From an uncultured Acidobacteriaceae bacterium (GTDB taxonomy: Bacteria; Acidobacteriota; Terriglobia; Terriglobales; Acidobacteriaceae), in contig CAWKNM010000001.1 of the NCBI GenBank assembly GCA_963851165.1, positions 234,443 through 298,442 of the forward strand: a DNA stretch of 64,000 nt. The letters are read 5' to 3'. The notes under the pieces were generated by a model. That model had not been told where the DNA came from. It saw only the letters and a list, made by a program, of their open reading frames with translations, and made no database searches. Each line of letters begins with the position of its first letter. Positions within the stretch are counted from its first letter, which is position 1. Shown one piece after another: positions 17,899-25,902 of this stretch. Made by a program: the position numbers and the translations under genes.

Positions 17899-20800
17899 TC
17901 AGTGCGACTCCGCTCCCTCCGCATTCACGGTGCGTCCAGCAGGCGGAACCACCACCGTCGACAAGCTCCCCTCCGAGGTCAGTTTCTGAAAAGCCGCCAG
18001 GTCCCCGTGTTCCAGGTTTTCCCACGAAGCGAGCACGTCCGCCGTCTCATGGTTCAGCTTCTCGAATTGCTTTTGTTCAGCCTCGGTAGGAGCCGAATCC
18101 GCGGTGCCAACATCCATCGCCAGAAAAGCCAGCTTCGCATCCAGCTGCGGAGCGTACGCCAGAGAATCTTCATTCGCACTAATGGTCAAATTGATCAACT
18201 GGTCGCGCAGCGCCACCAGCTTCTTCTCCAGATCATCCGCCGAAGCCGCAATCTTCCCGCTCGCGTTTTCCGGCAAACGTCTCCGCAGTCCAGCCAGCTG
18301 CGCCCGCACGTCCTGAATCTGATTGACCGTGTCATAAACCTTGTTCAGGTTCTCCCGAATCCCGAGCAGCACACTGACTTGTTGCTCCAGATCAGCCTGG
18401 CTGACGTTCACCCGCGGATCGAGCTTCACTTCCAGCGGAGCGGTCTGGCTCTGGCCGCCCGCCGTCAGGCGAACCTGGTAGTGGCCGGGCGCGGCCACCG
18501 GTCCGTGCGCCCCGCCGCCATATTCCCAAAGATAATATCCGGGAACCTGATGCGCTTCGTCGTAGCGCAAATCCCACACGAACCGGTTCAGCCCCGCTTC
18601 CACCTTAAGTTCCTTCTCAGGTTTCTTGTCGTCAGGATCGGGCGGCTCGTCCAGCGGCGCCACTTCCGCGCTCGAATATTTGCGGATCACCTTCCCCGAA
18701 CCATCAAGGATTTCAAGCCTGATCGCGCTCTTCGATTCCGCTTCGGGCTTGGGCGCGTCCTTGACCCAGTAATAAATCACAGCCCCCGCCGGCGGATTCT
18801 GTCCAGTTTTTTTCGACGGATGCCGCTCGCCGCCCGCACCCGCCTGCATGCGATACGCTATAGCCGGCGGATATAGGAACACATCCTTCTCCGCGATCTT
18901 GTCCTCATACTGCCGCAACGGCGTAACGTCATCCAGAATCCAGAACGCCCGCCCGTGGGTCGCCACGATCAAATCATTGTCTTTCACAATCAAATCGTGA
19001 ATCGGCGTAGTCGGAAGGTTCAGCTTCAGCGCGCGCCAGTGCGCCCCATCGTCGAACGAAACGTAAACGCCCGTTTCTGTCCCCGCGTAGAGCAGGCCGC
19101 GTTTCTTCGGATCTTCTCGAACCGCCCGCACGAACGTGGTATCCGGAATCCCGTTGGTAATCTTCGTCCACGTCTTGCCGTAGTCCGAAGTCTTGTAAAT
19201 GTAAGGACGCAGTTCGTCGTTCTGGTGACGATCCACCGCCGCGTAAGCCACGCCTGCATCATGCGGCGAAGGATCGATCTGGCTAATCCGGCTCCACTCC
19301 GGCATTTCCTTGGGCGTAACGTTAGTCCAGGTCTTACCTGCATCGCGCGTAAGCTGGATCAGCCCATCATCGGTGCCCACCCAGATCAGCCCCGCCGTCA
19401 GCGGCGATTCCGCAATCACAAAAACCGTGTCGTAATATTCCGTGCCGGTGTCGTCGATCGTGACTCCGCCGGAAGGCTGCTGTTTCGTTTTGTCGTTGCG
19501 CGTAAGATCCGGACTGATCGCCGACCAGTGCACTCCACCATCGGTGGTCTTAAACACTCGTTCCCCGCCGTGGTAAAGCGTGTTGGGATCGTGCGGCGAA
19601 ATCACCACCGGCGCAGTCCACTGAAAACGATGCTCCAGCCCGGCCGCGCCTCGTCCGTCGGAAAGCTCAGGCAGCTCGGTAATCGACTTGATCTGCCCCG
19701 TGTGCTTGTCGAAGCGCGTAATGTTACCCTGATAATCGGCCGCGTACACCACGTTCGGATCAAGCGGATACGGCGCGATGTACCCGGCTTCCCCGCCCCC
19801 CACGTCGTACCAATCGGAACGGTCGATCGCTCCGGAATCGCTGCGGCTGGCGATGGCCACGGTGCCGGCGTCCTGCTGCGCCCCATAGACGCGATAGGGC
19901 GTGGCCGCGTCGGTGATGACGTGATAGAACTGCGCGGTCGGCTGATTATCCTGCGGCGTCCAATTTTTGCCGCCATCCAGCGTAACCGTCACTCCTCCGT
20001 CGTTCGACGCAATCATGCGCCGCGAATCCCGCGGATCAATCCACAGCCCATGGTTGTCTCCGTGTGGAACCTTGACTTTGTTGAACAAGTGGCCGCCGTC
20101 GGTCGACTTGTAGGAATCCACGTTCATGATGTAAAGCACGTTCTCATCCCGCGGATCGGCAATCACGTGCATGTAATACCACGGCCGCTGCCACAAGCTA
20201 TGGCTCGGATTCACCTGCTCCCAGGTATCGCCGGCATCATCGGAGCGATAAAGTCCGCCATCCGGATTGTGCGCCTCAATCAAAGCGTAGACTCGCTCAG
20301 AGTTTGCCCCGACAGCGATGCCGATCTTTCCGTAAGGACCTTTGGGTAGCCCGTGCTCTTCCAGATGCTTCCAGGTCGTACCGCCATCGACTGAGCGATA
20401 GATTCCGCTGCCCGGCCCGCCGCTAGTCAGATTCCACGAAGAGCGCCGCGCCTGCCACAGCGCAGCAAAAAGAATATTAGGATTGTGCGGGTCAAAAGCA
20501 ATGTCTACAGCGCCGGTGTTCTCGTCCTTGTACAGAACCTTGTCCCAGGTCTTTCCGCCGTCAGTGGTGCGAAACACGCCGCGCTCCGGGTTCGGCCCGT
20601 AAGGATGGCCGAGGGCAGCAACAAAAACAATGTCAGGATTCGAAGGATTAATAATCACCTTGCCGATGGCTCGCGAATCCCGCAGCCCCACGTTCTTCCA
20701 AGTCTTGCCCCCGTCCAGCGTTTTGTAAACCCCGTCGCCGTGAGAAATGTCTCCGCGAATGCAAGCCTCGCCCGTTCCCACATAGACCACGTTGGAATTC

Positions 20801-21231
20801 GAATTCGCAACCGCCAGACTGCCGATCGAAGAAGTTCCCTCTTTGTCAAAAACCGGGGACCAGGTCATGGCGCCGTCAGTCGACTTCCAAACCCCGCCGC
20901 CAGTCGATCCGAAATAATATGTAGTCAAGTCGCCCGGGACCCCCGCCGCCGTCAGCGAACGCCCGCCCCGAAAAGGACCAATCAGCCGATACTTCATCCC
21001 CTTGAAAGGCTTTTCCTCAGGATTGGTCGAGTCAAGATTCGCAAGGCCGGAGTTCTGGTCCGCAGCGTCGGCCACGACCGCCGTCGAGGGCTTCTGCTCT
21101 CTGCCCCTTCGATCAGGTGTAGTTTGCGCAAAGCCCGTGAGGCCAAACAACAGCGTAAGCGCGCAGAAGCAAACTCCATTTCTTTTGGCAATTCCCAACT
21201 TCTTCCCGCAACGCATCTCTCGATTCACCAT
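17899..21231 (-). CDS. large secreted BNR/Asp-box repeat protein (sortilin-Vps10 / GH74-like twin beta-propeller)
   Basis: At least 10 SxDxGxTW-type Asp-boxes (STDGAMTWS, TLDGGKTWK, TTDGGKTWD, SVDGGTTWK, SDDAGDTWE, TLDGGKNWT, TTDGGVHWS, TRDAGKTWT, TSDYGKTWT, SFDDGAHWR). Signal peptide CFCALTLLFGLTGFAQ. Start is one of ATG 21276/21231/21216. Confidence 0.8.
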   Translation of the reverse strand: MVNREMRCGKKLGIAKRNGVCFCALTLLFGLTGFAQTTPDRRGREQKPSTAVVADAADQNSGLANLDSTNPEEKPFKGMKYRLIGPFRGGRSLTAAGVPGDLTTYYFGSTGGGVWKSTDGAMTWSPVFDKEGTSSIGSLAVANSNSNVVYVGTGEACIRGDISHGDGVYKTLDGGKTWKNVGLRDSRAIGKVIINPSNPDIVFVAALGHPYGPNPERGVFRTTDGGKTWDKVLYKDENTGAVDIAFDPHNPNILFAALWQARRSSWNLTSGGPGSGIYRSVDGGTTWKHLEEHGLPKGPYGKIGIAVGANSERVYALIEAHNPDGGLYRSDDAGDTWEQVNPSHSLWQRPWYYMHVIADPRDENVLYIMNVDSYKSTDGGHLFNKVKVPHGDNHGLWIDPRDSRRMIASNDGGVTVTLDGGKNWTPQDNQPTAQFYHVITDAATPYRVYGAQQDAGTVAIASRSDSGAIDRSDWYDVGGGEAGYIAPYPLDPNVVYAADYQGNITRFDKHTGQIKSITELPELSDGRGAAGLEHRFQWTAPVVISPHDPNTLYHGGERVFKTTDGGVHWSAISPDLTRNDKTKQQPSGGVTIDDTGTEYYDTVFVIAESPLTAGLIWVGTDDGLIQLTRDAGKTWTNVTPKEMPEWSRISQIDPSPHDAGVAYAAVDRHQNDELRPYIYKTSDYGKTWTKITNGIPDTTFVRAVREDPKKRGLLYAGTETGVYVSFDDGAHWRALKLNLPTTPIHDLIVKDNDLIVATHGRAFWILDDVTPLRQYEDKIAEKDVFLYPPAIAYRMQAGAGGERHPSKKTGQNPPAGAVIYYWVKDAPKPEAESKSAIRLEILDGSGKVIRKYSSAEVAPLDEPPDPDDKKPEKELKVEAGLNRFVWDLRYDEAHQVPGYYLWEYGGGAHGPVAAPGHYQVRLTAGGQSQTAPLEVKLDPRVNVSQADLEQQVSVLLGIRENLNKVYDTVNQIQDVRAQLAGLRRRLPENASGKIAASADDLEKKLVALRDQLINLTISANEDSLAYAPQLDAKLAFLAMDVGTADSAPTEAEQKQFEKLNHETADVLASWENLEHGDLAAFQKLTSEGSLSTVVVPPAGRTVNAEGAESH

Positions 21232-21284
21232 TTTGCAGTTACCCCCCCGGGAACTCCAAGTGTGCCCACATCTCAATTTAATCT

Positions 21285-21470
21285 GTCATCCTGAACGAAG
21301 TGAAGGACCCCATGCACGCGTGCAGTGCCACTGGCGATGCCAGGAGTTCTCACTGCTCTTAGGGTTTGACTCGACAAGCCGGTGCTCTCAATCGAACTTG
21401 TCACCTGAGCGAAGCGAAGGACCTTCGCACTTGATTCAGCCACCACAGTCTTCGGCGACCAAAATGACAA
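21285..21470. repeat. two direct copies plus one partial inverted copy of the family A core (GTCAyCTGAnCGAAGyGAAGGACC)
   Basis: gtcatcctgaacgaagtgaaggaccc (21285-21310), gtcacctgagcgaagcgaaggacc (21400-21424), then gtcttcggcgaccaaaatgacaa (about 21448-21470) as the inverted partner. Located between the BNR gene start and the ppk2 stop. Confidence 0.75.
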
Positions 21471-21479
21471 TACGCGCGG

Positions 21480-22355
21480 TCACTTTTTCAGCAGCAATTT
21501 CTTCGCCGCCGCCAGCTCCTGCCGCTTAGCCCCATCCACTTTGGGGTAGGAAAGCTTGAGCCCTTCCAGCGTCTCCACCAGCACAGCCGACACCACCAGC
21601 CGCGTAAACCATTTATTATCCGCCGGCACCACATACCACGGCGCGTGCTCCGTCGCCGTGTTTGCGATCATCTCTTCGTACGCCTTCTGGTAATCGTCCC
21701 AGTACGCTCGCTCGTGAATATCGGCCGCCGAAAATTTCCAGTTCTTCTCCGGCTCCTCGAGCCGCTTCAGGAATCGCACCTTCTGTTCCTTCTTCGACAG
21801 GTTCAGAAAAAATTTCCGGATCACCGTTCCACTGCGCGCCATGTGCTGCTCGAAATGGCGGATGTCTTCGTAACGCTCTTCCCAAATATTTTTCGTCACC
21901 AGCGAAGGCGGAGTCCTCTGGTTTTTCAGAATCGCGGAATGAACCCGCACCACCAAAACCTCTTCGTAATACGACCGGTTAAAAATTCCCAGCTTTCCCC
22001 GTTCCGGCAGCCTGAACGTCGTGCGCCACAAAAAATCGTGCTGCAGTTCCGGATCGGAGGGCGCCTTGAACGAAAATACCTGGCACCCTTGCGGATTCAC
22101 CCCCGTCATCACATGCTTGATGATTCCGTCCTTCCCCGCCGCGTCCATGGCCTGAAAAATCAACAGGACGGCCCACTGGTCCTGCGCATAAAGCATGTCC
22201 TGCAACTCCGCGGTGCGCACAATCCCCTCCTGCAGAGCTTCGTCGGCATGCTCCTTGGCACTCCGTCCGCCGCACTCGGCAGGGTCGAAGTCCTTCAACC
22301 GAAAATGTTTACCACTGTCGACGCGATAAGCCTTTGCCAGTTTGCCAGTTTTCAT
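21480..22355 (-). CDS. ppk2: polyphosphate kinase 2 family protein (polyphosphate:nucleotide phosphotransferase)
   Basis: FQAMDAAGKDGIIKHV (Walker A-like), FNRSYYEEVLVVRVH, WYVVPADNKWFTR. Start set at MKTGKLAK because the 21-codon extension is translation of a family A repeat (FALDDK). Confidence 0.88.
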   Translation of the reverse strand: MKTGKLAKAYRVDSGKHFRLKDFDPAECGGRSAKEHADEALQEGIVRTAELQDMLYAQDQWAVLLIFQAMDAAGKDGIIKHVMTGVNPQGCQVFSFKAPSDPELQHDFLWRTTFRLPERGKLGIFNRSYYEEVLVVRVHSAILKNQRTPPSLVTKNIWEERYEDIRHFEQHMARSGTVIRKFFLNLSKKEQKVRFLKRLEEPEKNWKFSAADIHERAYWDDYQKAYEEMIANTATEHAPWYVVPADNKWFTRLVVSAVLVETLEGLKLSYPKVDGAKRQELAAAKKLLLKK

Positions 22356-22379
22356 GGTGAGTTTATTTTCTCTTGATTT

Positions 22380-22406
22380 GTCATCCAGAGCGAAGCGAAA
22401 GATCCC
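22380..22406. repeat. single family A core copy
   Basis: gtcatccagagcgaagcgaaagatccc, 25 nt upstream of the ppk2 start. Confidence 0.7.
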
Positions 22407-22445
22407 TACCACCACCACCGCTACCGAGGGAACACTTCTCCAAAC

Positions 22446-23852
22446 TCATGCGCCCACCGGCTTCTCGCTGACAAATGGCAGCTTCGCCTGCTGCCACGCA
22501 TCGAAGCCCCCGGACACGTTGCTAATACTCTTGAAGCCCGCCCGCAGCAACAGACTACAAGCAATCGCGCTGCGATAGCCACTCTTGCAATGGACCGCGA
22601 TGGGTACGTCGTGATCAATCTCCGGAGTCGACACTTTGAAATTATCCAGCGGCCACCACGCCGCGCCTTCCATGTGTCCCGCTTCCCACTCCGGCTCGCG
22701 GCGGACATCGAGCACCTGCACGCGCTGCTGGCTCAGCTGTTCGCTGAGCTCAGCCGGCGAAATCTGGGTTAACGTCGCCAGCGGAAATCCCGCAGCCTTC
22801 CAGGCACTTACGCCGCCGTCCAGGCAACCATCCAATTCCTCGATGCCCACTCGGGCCAGTCTCACCCGTGCCTCCGCCAGCTGCTCCTCCGACTCCGCAA
22901 TAAGCACCGGACGCGCCTTCAGGCCCAGCACCGTCCCCGCCCACGTGGCAAACTGACCGGAGAGCGCAATGTTCACCGAACCCGGCACGTGGCCCGCAGC
23001 AAACTCCTCGCCCGCGCGCACATCCAGCGCGATTTCACCGTCGCGCAGCATGCGATCCAGCTCCGCCGGCGCCAGGCGACGAAGCTCAGGCAAATCAGAA
23101 AGTGCCGTGGCACCGGCGCGATTGATCTCCGCGTCCTGCGAAAAATATTCCGGACGCACCGGAAGATGCTCGGTCAGCTGAGTAATGAACTCGTCTTTGC
23201 TGCGAATCTGCAGCGCGTAGTTGGTCAACCGCTCCGTGCCCATGGTGGAAGAGCGTTCGGCGCGCATATTCCGTCCACAGAGCGAGCCGGCTCCATGCGC
23301 CGGATAGACCAGCACGTCGTCGGCCAGAGGCATCAGCTTGTCGTGCAGACTGTCGTAGAGCATTCCCGCCAGCTGCGCCGGAGTGTATTCGCGAGACAAG
23401 TCGGGACGGCCAACATCCCCAAGAAACAAAGTGTCCCCGGTCAGCACGGCCCATGCCTCGGGAGACTTTTCCAGGTCAGACTTTTCCTGGTTAAAGACAA
23501 CCAGACAGATACTTTCCGGAGTATGCCCCGGAGTCTCAAGCACGCGGATGCGGAGCTCGCCCACCACCAGCTCAAAACCTTCGCTCACCGGCACGTGGGG
23601 AAACTGGGCTCGGGCGCGAGCTCCGATATAGATTTTGGCGCCGGTTCGAGCCGCAAGCTCTCGATGTCCGGAGACAAAATCCGCGTGCAGATGAGTTTCG
23701 AAAATGTGGCGGATCTTGACGCGCTGCGCGTCCGCGGCCTTGAGGTAGAGATCAACGTCCCGCTGCGGATCGACCACCACCGCCTCGCCCCCGGACGCCA
23801 GCAGATAGGAAGCGTGCGCGAGACAGCCCAGATAAAACTGTTCGAAATACAT
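22446..23852 (-). CDS. MBL-fold persulfide dioxygenase fused to two rhodanese domains (CstB-like)
   Basis: N-terminal MYFEQFYLGCLAHASYLL...ETHLHADFVSG (HxHxDH), then two rhodanese-like modules; the last has the active-site loop HCKSGYRS. Confidence 0.85.
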   Translation of the reverse strand: MYFEQFYLGCLAHASYLLASGGEAVVVDPQRDVDLYLKAADAQRVKIRHIFETHLHADFVSGHRELAARTGAKIYIGARARAQFPHVPVSEGFELVVGELRIRVLETPGHTPESICLVVFNQEKSDLEKSPEAWAVLTGDTLFLGDVGRPDLSREYTPAQLAGMLYDSLHDKLMPLADDVLVYPAHGAGSLCGRNMRAERSSTMGTERLTNYALQIRSKDEFITQLTEHLPVRPEYFSQDAEINRAGATALSDLPELRRLAPAELDRMLRDGEIALDVRAGEEFAAGHVPGSVNIALSGQFATWAGTVLGLKARPVLIAESEEQLAEARVRLARVGIEELDGCLDGGVSAWKAAGFPLATLTQISPAELSEQLSQQRVQVLDVRREPEWEAGHMEGAAWWPLDNFKVSTPEIDHDVPIAVHCKSGYRSAIACSLLLRAGFKSISNVSGGFDAWQQAKLPFVSEKPVGA

Positions 23853-23921
23853 AGTCTTGGCTAGCCGCCCTGCAAGAAGATACTAGAAGAAGTCGGCCCA
23901 CAATGCCACCGCAGCAAGAGG

Positions 23922-23989
23922 CATGTGGCAAGACCCATGTGGCGACGGGCGCCCCGCCCGTCCAAGCCCGGGCGAAGCCCGGCGCCCCC
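23922..23989. repeat. family B-like hairpin repeat (variant)
   Basis: catgtggcgACGGGCgccccGCCCGTccaagCCCGGgcgaaGCCCGGcg has the same layout as the tgtggagcgggcactcttgcccgc elements further right. Confidence 0.55.
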
Positions 23990-24070
23990 AGTCGAATAAG
24001 CCGGAGCCCGTTTGCTGAAGCCCGAAGCCCAGCTCGCGTCCGGCCCCCCGAGGTTTATGAGATAGCCAGC

Positions 24071-24400
24071 TTAATCAGGCAGCGGCGCAAGGAATTCAAG
24101 CCCAAAGCAGAAACCGCTTTTCGAACGAACAATGGCAGTCAGGTGAGAGCGCGAGGGTGTATCAAATTCCACTTCGAGCAGGTCGCCCGGGCTCAGCAGA
24201 ATGCCCGCATAAAGAACCATACCGCCCTCGCTCAACTCAGTTCCGCGGCCCGGGACCACAGTCGTGGAAAACCCTTTGGCAGTAACTACTTTGACCGGCA
24301 GATCAACCGGAACACGAGGCCAGCGGCGCGTCTTGTGGGGGACAAGCATTCTGCCGATCATCCTCTCATCCCCCCGCGCTATCAAATTACCGAGGTACAA
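24071..24400 (-). CDS. PilZ domain protein (putative c-di-GMP receptor)
   Basis: RRWPR (RxxxR) followed by VPVDLPVKVV...GTELSEGGM (D/NxSxxG-like); 109 aa. Confidence 0.7.
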   Translation of the reverse strand: MYLGNLIARGDERMIGRMLVPHKTRRWPRVPVDLPVKVVTAKGFSTTVVPGRGTELSEGGMVLYAGILLSPGDLLEVEFDTPSRSHLTAIVRSKSGFCFGLEFLAPLPD

Positions 24401-24475
24401 GCGGACGCCTGTTCAACAGTACAGTGGGTGAGGCCAGCAATTTCCCGGCGATTCTGGCAAGGCAAATGCTGGGCT

Positions 24476-24566
24476 TGTGTGGAGCGGACCCGTCCTGAGC
24501 GAAGCCGAAGGAACTTTTGCCCGCTGATTTTTCGGAGCTGCGGGCAAGAGTGCCCGCTCCACATGG
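24476..24566. repeat. family B MITE/REP-like element with terminal inverted repeats TGTGGAGCGG / CCGCTCCACA
   Basis: tgtgtggagcgg...gtcctgagcgaagccgaagga...gcgggcaagagtgcccgctccaca. It contains a family A-like core (24492-24512). Confidence 0.8.
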
Positions 24567-24696
24567 GCCTACGAACTCCGCCTTTGGGAAAATGCGGCCA
24601 CAAAAAAACTGAAACACGGAGCCATGCTCAAGGGGCTCTGACGCATCTAATGTAGACTTGTTGTACCGGCGGCATACTGGCCAGCAAAAGAGGGAT

Positions 24697-25524
24697 ATGA
24701 AAAAAGCCCGCGCCTGCGGTGCGCTCGTGCTCCGGCCCCTCCTGTTGTCTTCCTGTCTTTTCTTGATCCACACTGCTTTCCTTCCGAACCGCACCACGGC
24801 ACAACCCCAGCCTGGGAATGAAACTGTGTCCTCGGTGAAAGACGCACCCTTGCCAGTGCAGGTGGTGGTGGAGAATCTCCAGAGGAAAAATGCGCTGCGG
24901 GCGGCCGCGCTCACCCGCTTCGAGGGGACGCGCATTTACCGCGTGCAGTACCGCGGATTTCCCAGTGATCACGACGCGGAAATGGTGGTGCATGTCATTT
25001 TTCATGCGCCGAGTTCCAAGGAATTCACCGTAGTGTCGCAGACCGGGTCCAAGTTTATTGGCGACCGCATTTTCAAGAAGCTGCTCGAAGGCGAGCAGGA
25101 AGCCGCGAACGAAGAAAACCGCCGGCGCAGTGCCCTGAGCACGGAGAATTACGATTTCACGATGGCAGGGTACGAAGACTCTCCCGAGGGCGGCCAATAT
25201 GTCCTCGATCTGCTGCCCAAGACCAGGAACAAGTTTTTGTATCGCGGCAAAATCTGGGTCGATGCCAACGACTTTGCCGTGGTGCGGATTGAAGCAGAGC
25301 CCGCAAAGAATCCCTCGTTCTGGATCAAGAAAACCGATATCAGTCACAAATACATCAAAGTGGACGATTTCTGGCTGCCCGCCGAGAACCACAGCGAGAG
25401 CCTGATTCGACTCGGCGGGAAAGCGACTCTTTCGATCGAGTATCGCGACTACAAGATCGTCGAAGCAACCCCTCTCAACCAGTCCGAGCACACGCAAACC
25501 ATGGCGACCGCCAAGTCGCACTGA
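24697..25524 (+). CDS. secreted LolA-fold (outer-membrane lipoprotein-sorting-like) protein
   Basis: Signal-like MKKARACGALVLRPLLLSSCLFLI. C-terminal pattern LLPKTRNKFLYRGKIWVDANDFAVVRIEAEPAKNPSFWIKK resembles LolA-like sorting proteins (recollection, not verified). ATG 24697 follows aagaggga. Confidence 0.5.
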   Translation: MKKARACGALVLRPLLLSSCLFLIHTAFLPNRTTAQPQPGNETVSSVKDAPLPVQVVVENLQRKNALRAAALTRFEGTRIYRVQYRGFPSDHDAEMVVHVIFHAPSSKEFTVVSQTGSKFIGDRIFKKLLEGEQEAANEENRRRSALSTENYDFTMAGYEDSPEGGQYVLDLLPKTRNKFLYRGKIWVDANDFAVVRIEAEPAKNPSFWIKKTDISHKYIKVDDFWLPAENHSESLIRLGGKATLSIEYRDYKIVEATPLNQSEHTQTMATAKSH

Positions 25525-25535
25525 GACTCGTAGTT

Positions 25536-25634
25536 TGTGTGGAGCGGGCACTCTTGCCCGCTGGTTTTTGGGAACTGCAGGCAAGCGGGCAAGCCTGTCC
25601 TGAGCGAAGCCAAAGGGATTGCCCGCTCCACACC
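25536..25634. repeat. family B MITE/REP-like element, full copy
   Basis: tgtgtggagcgggcactcttgcccgc...gtcctgagcgaagccaaaggga...ttgcccgctccacac, with about 14-bp terminal inverted repeats and an internal 7-bp hairpin GCGGGCA/TGCCCGC. Confidence 0.8.
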
Positions 25635-25902
25635 AGCAACTTGGTAATTATTTCCGCCCCATGCGTTCAGCTGGTCACGTGCCAATTCCCGGCCGTTGAC
25701 AGCAAACCAGTTACGACGAGCCAAGTGAGTGGCAACCAGATTGCACGCTCCCGCAACAAACCAATTCACATCTAGCGCGTCTTCGTTTGTTGTTTGTTTT
25801 CTGTTTTCGTTCTGACGCCATCCAACAACATGGGGGGATGGTCATTCGTACTGAGTCCCGATTATTTAGCGCGGCGATTTCGCACGTGATCCCGGAGGCG
25901 GC

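Noticed and set aside
17761-21294. Long plus-strand ORFs (17761..18876, 18955..20349, 20485..21294; 269-464 aa) opposite the BNR gene
   Set aside because: They are Arg/Pro/His-rich low-complexity translations exactly antisense to a motif-rich gene, which is a typical GC-rich shadow ORF. The same applies to 238..1062(-), 2667..4112(-), 5132..5968(-), 10387..11301(-), 31961..33373(+), 42390..43580(+), 48434..49654(+) and 58144..59082(-).
22356-22418. N-terminal extension of the ppk2 ORF (MVVVGIFRFALDDKSRENKLT)
   Set aside because: This is translation of a family A repeat copy. The internal ATG gives a normal PPK2 N-terminus.
23903-24655. 250-aa plus-strand ORF spanning the PilZ region
   Set aside because: It reads through two intergenic repeat elements and runs antisense to a PilZ gene with clear motifs. 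Its composition is Arg/Pro-rich.
24628-25584. 318-aa minus-strand ORF
   Set aside because: It is antisense to the LolA-like gene and runs into repeat elements at both ends. No motifs.
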